The notes beneath the pieces are model-generated. The model did no database searches. It saw only the letters and a program-made list of their open reading frames with translations, and was not told where the DNA came from. A stretch of DNA of 64,000 bases, from positions 20,894,001-20,958,000 of the forward strand of contig CM060733.1 of the NCBI GenBank assembly GCA_030704615.1. The letters are read 5' to 3'. The translations under genes were made by a program, and so were the position numbers. Source of the stretch: Takakia lepidozioides. Its lineage: Eukaryota > Plantae > Bryophyta. Positions 27,901 through 36,900 of this stretch are shown in pieces; the first letter of the stretch is position 1, and each line of letters opens with the position of its first letter.

Positions 27901-30900
27901 CCCTCACCCATGGACCAAATACTAACGTGTTGTTTTGTTCAGGATCACTAGCTGTAAGGAGGACCTGTGCCCGTGCCTGCTGTTTGAGCCTACTCAGAAC
28001 TGACTGCAAAAGTTTCGATTTCCCAATTCCAGCATGCCCAATGACCATAATAGCTGTACAGGGTTTTTGCTGAGCTGGAAACCCAGAAGGCTCCAAAACT
28101 GGCAGCCCTCTACCAAGTTGCGATCCTGCCTCTGCTGCTCCACCAGAACCTTGCCCATCTCTGGGTTTGTCAATTTCTGCTGTCTCCCAAGTAACATCAA
28201 ATTCAGTTTTAACTACTCTAGTATCAACGGCAGCATTTGAGCTGGAAGAAGAGAAATGCACCAGAAATTCATCTATGTGTTGTATAAAAGTCTCGAACTC
28301 TTCCTTCCTTCCAATCATATCATCTTTCAAAACACTTTCAGGAAAGTCTTGACGCGGAGGCAAGGGCTGAGAAAGTGCAAGGGTGTTGCTGGAGATTTTC
28401 TGACTCAATGCACGATAGACATTAATGGGTCCCTTCTTCCCTTTCACCGTCATTGGTGGTAGTGCCACGTAGTCAAACAAAGTCGAGGTAGCAACATATG
28501 TTTCCATGTCAGTGAGTATCTGCAGAAGTAGCATTACAGTCAATTTGAGACGACTCATACAGGTACTTAATACTTTCAAAATTGCATCCTCTTGGACTCA
28601 CAATGCCCAGTTTTTGGACCCCCGATATTATGTCCTTTCTCGCGAAAGCTCCAAGGCAAATACTACAGTCCTGACTAGACAGAAATATGTTACTCCTTAC
28701 CTCATTCTTGGCCTTCTTCATAAGCCGAGCACTTAGGTTGATAGGGTCCCCAAACACTGTATATTCACAGCGTTTCTTGCCACCCACAAGAGTGCACAAA
28801 AGCTTGCCTGTGGTAACCCCAATGGCACTCCCCTGCCCTTTGTTCTTCAGGCTCTCTTGGATGGTCAAAGCTGTTTGAATTGCTCTCTTCGGATCATCTT
28901 CGTGCAGGTTACCAGGTAGCCCAAATGCACAGATCAACAGGTACCCTGCCACACCGTTCTGCTACGTTAGCAATGTCATGAGTGAAATTACTGGGATGAG
29001 CTGCTGTGTTGCTCCTGTAAGTGAATATCAAAGGAAAAGATTACCACTGGGAAGTGTGGGCAAAGTGCGCCAGCGCCAGGCAATGGGTTGCTTGAGCCCC
29101 TCGGAGATGCCATCCATCCAGATGTTTGGATCCAGGCAGAATGGGATACTACAGCTTTGGATGTCATTTGATGTTTTCTGAGGCCATTTCCATATTGTTT
29201 CCTATTTTCCTTTGTCCCATAAGCTGTTTGAGCTTCCCCTGGACATATCCCCTCTTTCTAGATCTTTCTTTGTTTCTACCTACACGAGGCCTTCACCCTT
29301 AGACAATCGCTAGAACATTAATTGTGGTTTCTGGATTTGTTCCTCTCTCATGTTTTCTTCCATTTTGTCCCATAAGCTCTACGAGCTTTCCGCGGACGTT
29401 ATAAAGCACCATTTCATTTCATTTCATTTCATTTGTTTGGCTCTGATTTTGTTTCCTCTCTCTTATTTTTCCATTTTGTCCCATAAGCTCTTTGAGCTTT
29501 CCGCGGACGTTATGAAGTACCATTCCATTTCATTTGTTTGCGTGTGTTCAACGTAAAGGTTCAGTTTCTTGAGGGTTGGACCTAGAGAAAAATTTGGTGG
29601 TCTCCAGCCATAGCATAAAGCAAGTATGAAAGAACTCCCAGGATGTCCAAGGGCTTCTCTAGCTGCAGATGCAGCTTTGCAGGCCTCACGGCTAAATCTA
29701 AATTCTTTGAGTGCTTGCAATCAGGGGCAAATGGGCACCTTACCCACATTCAATGGAAATGCTAGGTGCAGCTAGAGCAGCATTTTGCAAGCTTGCAACC
29801 TGTTGTGGTACTAGCAAGCCTAATTTATTTAACAGGCTCTTGGTACCACTGCTGATAGGGGCCCAAAGAAGAAACAAAAGTGTGAGACTCAAAGGGAAAA
29901 ACCACACCGTCCTCGCAAGCTACTCGTCTACTCTTTCACCCAGAGATGCAGTTACCGGCCTTTCCTTTCATCGGGCAATGAAGACCTCGTAGAGATGCTT
30001 CAAGTGAGGCAACTGGTACAAGAAGAGCCCATAAGCTCGTGACTCAACTAGTACCTGTTTCCAATGCCTCATTTCTTTAAGTTGTTTGGGTCAAGGAGAG
30101 AGCAGGGGTCCCTTTCCCATCACAGGCAGTTTCTGGAGGGCCAGAAGCTGAGCAGAAGCATGACCTGCATAAGAAGGATCATCATGGAAGGTAGAATGCT
30201 CAATGTCCTTGCTAACTCCCCAGATTCCATCCCTCTCCAGGTTCAGAGAATCTAGAATTGGAACAGATGTAACAGAGAGGTTCCTATCAACTGGACCAAA
30301 GATGAGGAGGCTACCCAGGAAGGCGCGTGCAGGCCACCATTGCTAAGTTATCAAGGATCTGGCATCCTCTTGATCACATATAAAGGGTGCTTCACCTCCT
30401 CTGCCCGGTGTTCTGGAGGTCTGGCTCTTTTTGCATCATGCCATCTATGCACTGGATCACTTAGTGGCAATCTGTAGTCTTTGGCTCTCTTTGACCACCT
30501 CATATTGCCATGCATGCCCTACAAGGTCATGGCACATGAGGGGCTTGTTTGTTGTTTGTCTTGGTATTCTTTGTTGCTGGAGGGCTCCATGAACTTTTTA
30601 AATCAAGAAAGGAAGTATGGTTTCAAAAAGGATAAAAAATGTCAAAATGTATTGAAAAATGTAATTCAGGCTAAAGACCGATGAGTTTGCTCTGACCTAC
30701 ACCATAACAAACGACAACTTAAAGGGTGAAACAAAGTTTAGCATGGCATCCAAGGGTTCACTTACCTTTCTCATCCATGCGGAACTGTGCAAGCGCCCCC
30801 TCATAGAGACGGAGTGATTGCTGCACTGCCAGCATGGCAGTCTGAACACGTTGAAGGTGCAGTGAGGAATCACCCACATATATGGACAGAGAAGGGAAGC

Positions 30901-33900
30901 CTACGAAGACGCATGTCACATATCGCACTTCAGCTCTTATCCCACTCCTCCTTGGGTTAGAAACCATTTGGCTGTGTAATACTTCTGGTAAATATCTAAC
31001 ACACACAAGCCAATAGTATCTTCAGGTCAGCCACATCATTCGCAACTTTCTTTTGGCTCAATAAGCCCTTTGAGCATCATGTGGATGCAGTAAATTTGTT
31101 CTTTTTCTGTCTCCGCCATCCTTATCAGAGTATATCATACATATTCTAGTCTCCTACGCTGGTAATGAGAAGTGATATATAAAGAAAGAAAGAAGACAGT
31201 AATATGAAATAATACTTTATAACATCTGCGGAAAGATCAAAGAGCTTATGGGACAATGAAACAAGAAAGAGAGAGGGACCCTCCACAAGGAGCCCAAAAA
31301 AAAACTGTTGTACAAGGGATTGTCTAAGAGTCAACATGCAGAAATGCCGCTAAGCATTTCTAATCCTCGCAATGGAAGACGTCTGGGAGAGATTGTGTAT
31401 GTTGGAATAGACGATGGAATCTCCCATGGATCTCATAGTAGAGAGGACTGAAAGAAGAGATGTTCTTCACTTTCGATTACCCTGTTGTGTCCAGTGCAAG
31501 TGGGCACAGGCAATCCTCACATTGCAGGTTGTCCCACCTACGAGTCTCTATCTGCAGACGGTGGGAGCCCACCCAACAGCCTTAGAAGAGAGGGAGATAG
31601 AGCTGCAGACAGGTAATTAGGCCCCAAGATTCTCATGGAGGACCAAGAATGTCTCCCAATAGAACTGCAGTTTTGTTGTAAGATTGGCTGGTTTCCATGT
31701 TCGCCTGACATGAAGTTCCAGAAGTTCTCATCTGATGCATCTGTTGTGGTCTTGCTTGGACGAAATTTCCACCCCCTCGTATTTGTGGCAGTAGGGAAGC
31801 AATAGAGAGTCCATGGTGCTCAAAAAAGTTGGAGACCTGGGCATGCGCCAGGAGGTCATGAAACCAGCGTTTTTGAGTATCATAGAGGTTGTGAGGCTTC
31901 ATCTAGGTGGTAAGGCTTGCAACCTTGTAAGAAAGATTGTAAGCCAAATGAAATGGTACTTTAACGTCCGCGGAAAGCTCAAAGAGCTTATGGGACAAAA
32001 TGGAAAAAACAAGAGACAGGAAACAAAACCAGAGCCAATATTCCGCCCCAAAGAAACTACTGCTCAAGGGATTGTCTAAGGGTCAAGGCCTCGTGCAGGT
32101 AAGCTGCCAAGCATTTCTGATCCTCATAGTGGAAGACTTCAGTGAGAGATTGAGTTCCACGGAATAGACAGTGGAATCTCCCATGGATCTCATAATATAG
32201 AGGGCAATAGAAGAAGAAGTGTTCTTCAGTTTCAATTTCCTGGTTGTGCCCGGTGCAAGCTGCGCATAGGCGGTCCTCCCGGTGCAGGTTTTCCCATTTG
32301 CCAGTCTCTATCCGTAGATTGTGGGAGCCCATCCTGAACCGCCCCAATGCCCTCAGGAGGGAAGGAGATAAAGGCGCCGAAAGGTAATAGGGCCGCAAGA
32401 TTCTATCATCACGGAGAACCAAGAATGTCTCCCGATAGAAATAGAGTTTTGTTGTGAGATTGGGTAGCTTCCAAGTTCTCCTGACAGGTAGTTCCATAAG
32501 TTCCCTTCTAATGCGTCTGTTGCGATCCTGTTGGATGTGATTTCCACCCCTTCTGGATTTTGTGGCAATAGCGAAGCAATAGAGGGTCCATTGCGAAAGA
32601 AACTTCATATGTCCCTGAGGGCCCGTCGGACAAAGTAGAACAAAACAAGGAAAACACAACCAAAGGTCCATATGCTGCCCTGAGATGAAGTGCCTCATGG
32701 AGGTTAGCTACATCTAAGAAAGTCTCCTACATCCACAGGAAGCCCAAGGACTTCTGGACGAAAGATTCAAAAGAGAGATGAACTCAGTAGACTTAGATTG
32801 ATTTTGGCTTATGACCATCAACCCGCACCCAGTTTGGATGGAGCAGGGAGAGAGGATAGTTGGGAAGGAAGGGGGGAAGAGTAGCATTGGGCCCACTACC
32901 ATTATTTAATGCTGGCTCAGTCAGGGGAAATTGGCTTCACATATGAAGTTGTTGAGGCCTTCTGAATCCTAGAATCTGATTTTTGGTTTTGAAAATCTCA
33001 TTCAAAACTTGCTTTCTTCTCTCCTACTTGCTCATGTCGTACCTTTTCAATGCAAGCACAAGCTTGGGAGCCAGTTTGCCTTCAATCTTAGTCCCGCTTT
33101 TCTGAGAAAGAGGAACGGTTACATGGCCAACCACATGACTGAGGCGAACAAAACCCTCTTTCAACACCTCACCCACACATTCCTGGTTGATATGGGCCCA
33201 TATCTCTGGAGACAAGATCACATCCCCTGCAAGTTGAACTCCATTTCAGCTTCACCTAGTAAACAATCCTGAGATGTGCTCAGGGACAGCTTTGATGCAG
33301 TCATCATCATGGGGTTGAGAAACACAAAAAGATTACTGACCGGATTTGGCATGGTCCTCACAGTGGCATAATTGATCAATTGGGTTGTGCTGGTTTTGGG
33401 CATCAGGTCCTGGAAGGAAAGGCATATCAGCCATGAAGAACTCCCAACGTGGCTGTCCAGTTGGAACTTGAACTCCCCCTCCCACACTCAGGGTGCATAC
33501 CTGCCAGACTAGCAATGTTCACAGTTTCAAAGAACATATCAAACCCCAACTGTTGCTCTGCCTCATGCACATAGACCAGGCAATACCAAAACACTCCTAA
33601 CACTAAATGAAGACAAGAACGAGATCATTTGGCCAAATCCCTGGCAAATTCAGAAAGAAAGGATGTTTAAGCTCACTCTAAAACCAGCACCAAACAAACC
33701 CCGCCCAGCGGCTGCGTCCCCTCCCTTCCACCTATCCTCCCCCAGTAAATTAAAGATCTGTCAAAGCATACAGGGACGTGCAAGTTCAATGGAAGACCAT
33801 GGTACCTCTCCCATGCCAATCATAACCTTGAGTGTGAGAGTGAAGGGGGCCTCCAGTGGGAGGGCCAAACTTGGTTCTGAGAGGCCTTGAAATGCCACCT

Positions 33901-36900
33901 TCCGCATTGGTGTTCCCTGCTGAGGAGATTGCTTCCTTGACGTGGGTTTGGCTACTTCATCAGTCCACTCCTGCCGATTCTGGTGGGTACGGAGCATACG
34001 AAGGATTGTGACCAGCTGGGACATTGTCACAGGCTTTGCCAGCAATTCATCCATGCCTGATGCAATGCAAGATTTCCTTAACTCATCATCATAGTGTGCG
34101 CACACCTGTGTAGTAGACATTCTCCATCAATGGCAATCTCTGGGTCTTACATGCACAAAGCACTGTATCCCCTAGCAACCTTTGGGGTTAGAAATGCTTT
34201 ATGATTTCTTTTGTCGTTCTGCTGTGTCACATGGACCTTTTGGACATCTCTTTCTTTCTCTCCCATAAGCATTCTAGGACATTATAAAAGATGCTGGGGT
34301 TTCTGACAGCGTCTTTCAGTTCTTTTGTAGTTCTAGTATGTCCACAGACCCTCTGAGACATCATAATTTGTGTATGACATGCCAAAAAGCTTATCACAAA
34401 TGAGGTAAAGAGAAGAGAGAAGAAACTTATTGTGTCCACAGTAGGCCCAGGGAACACCAATACAACAACAACACAGTTAGGAGCAATGAAGCAGTAGAAC
34501 CACAGAAACTTTCTTTCTCTATGACAATTCAGACAGATTGTCTTTATAACCTGGTCGATGACATAAGTTTGATAGGTAGTTTGGCAGGTTTCACTAAGTA
34601 GACCAATTCTAACCAAAGGCATGAGCAAAGCATAGTAATCACATAGCTTTCCCCCTTCAATGAAATGGTACAGATAGAGTTCATACCCCAATGATGTATG
34701 TGGGTCGCCTGCCTGAACTTGGCCACAAAACATGCACCCAGAATAGGCACCGGGTTGATAAATCAATCACAGTTCCAAGCGCATAGGTATATCTACATAT
34801 ATGTGCATGCTCTAAGGAGAAAGGAAACATCTGCTCAAGGGAAAGCAATAGCAAACAGAGGAAGACAAGAAAATCTGGCTGTTGCATTTCCCACCACCTC
34901 TTCTGAGACGACACAAACACCATAGAACAGCACTTCAACAGCAGCTTGGACGAAGCTGGAAGGGGTCTAATTGAAACCTGGACCAATGAGACCAACCATC
35001 ACTTTCCAGAGAGAGAGAGAGGAAGACTCTTGCTGAAGCAAGCATAACTTATGGTGTCACTTCACCCCAAAGGGCTACTGCCTTCCGTTCGGGAAGGTGT
35101 CCCCTTGGATCTTTCCAATGTATACAAAGATAACCTCGTGTCTCTAAATGTCTATGTGTATCTTCTTTTACTTCAAGTATTGCTCTTAATGGTCAACATT
35201 TGCGTCCTGAGTCGGTGTGCAAGATTTGGGAGACAGCATTGCAGCTGGCTTCCACTCTTTTCTTCAGGGCTTCCAGTGAAAGTTAGAAAGGGAATTCTTT
35301 CATTCTTTCACTGCAGACATAGTCCCAAGGTCAAGGGGTTAGGAAGGTTAGATCAACCTCACCCAACCCGACTGGAGACTGTCGCACTCGCCGGGTAGCC
35401 TCAAAGCCATCCATGATGGGCATGTTGACATCCATGAAAATGAGATGAAATGCTTGCTTGCAATGTGTTGCTACTGCCTCGGTTCCATTCCTGGCGAGCA
35501 CTACCTGCAACAATTAGGCTTTCCCTCGTCACCACTTTCCTCACTAATCACATTCTTTTCCATCCTTTTAGCTTCCAGTGGATGTCATAGACTATTCTCT
35601 TACTTACAGAAGGAAATTTATTTGGAGTCCTGTAGACAATAAATGCTTGGCAGCATACCCTTAGGAGGGTCTCCATCTTCATGCAATGTTTTAGTTCTAG
35701 TGCTTTTTGGTGTTAGCCTTCAATGTCTCATAAGCTATTCGGGCTGGACGATATAAAGCTCCTGTCTTGCTCTTTTTCCTTCTGCAGAGTCTATCTCCAC
35801 TGCTTCTATGAGCATCAGGAAGGTCCAGGGTGGGCTCACATAGCCTGTGGACATCACTACTTTCTGATAGATGCGTCAGACAAGGACTTATGGAACTTCA
35901 TGTCAGGCGGACATGGATATCTGGAAAGCCTCAACTACTTGTCTATACCAACCCACTGCCGAGTGAGCCCCTCACAAAGATAGTGGCTCTTCCCTTTTGT
36001 TCCACCCACACTGGGTGCGGGGTCTATGGCCACAAGGCTACAGCAAACAGCATCTTATGAATACATCTTGTGACCAATAAGCTCTTTGAGCTTCCTGTGG
36101 ACATTATAAAGCTCCTTTCCTTTCTGCTTCTCTTTCTTCCTCTTCCAGGAAAGAAGCATGGAAGGTCATAACTTGAAGACAAGACCAGTTGCAAGCATAT
36201 CTCATACTCCAGACAAATTTCTCATCTGTCTGGAAATTTCCAGGAGTTTTCTCAAGCAATTACTTCCATTAAGGCAGCCATTGAATTTTTCTTGGATGAA
36301 GGCATACAAAAAAGTCTTATAATTTCCTTGTGGTAAAGAAGCCAGTCTTACCTCACAGTTGAGTTTAGAGAGCATTTTGCTTAGCCCCACACCGTTCAGC
36401 ATGACATGGTCCACCACCATGACACGCACAAACTCAGAGGATTCTCTTTTCACCTTTACACCCTCATTCTCATTTTCGTTTGAAGTATTGCCATACCCTC
36501 CAAGCTGCACACCACAATATGAAGTAGAGAGTTACATTGGTGGTAATTGCACTGAAAGTTTTGTAGAGGTAGGCATCAACTAACTGGAAGATCTCCTGGC
36601 GTACTCTCATCTGTGTTGTCTTCATTCATTGTTGAGGTGATAACATTCATGCACCTCGATTTGGATCACTACATCAGAGTGGGGGGAAAAAATGTATCAA
36701 GCCCAGACGTGTTTGAGTAGGTGTCCACTGGTTAAGAATTATGCTGAAAACAGGGAAAGGCCTGGGAGCTCAACAGCAGTGCCCAACAACAGAAACCAAC
36801 GTGTGAGCACAAGGCACTACATTGACTAAGTAACTCATTACACAGTCCCAAGAAAAGCTCTCTATCTCTCAAACAGAATACTAATTTAAATTTTAAGATT

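Larger units (their letters stand above)
21460..28325 (-). other. STAND-class P-loop NTPase and winged-helix region of the cyclase protein
   Basis: 'IGRKEE', 'VIGHAGIGKSKLL', 'CIIFVEDAH', 'VVAACRP', 'GHPLF', 'ALVTSRIDLLEPAQALILKVASV' and 'IRDVAYEVLPFKQRRSIHA'. Confidence 0.88.
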
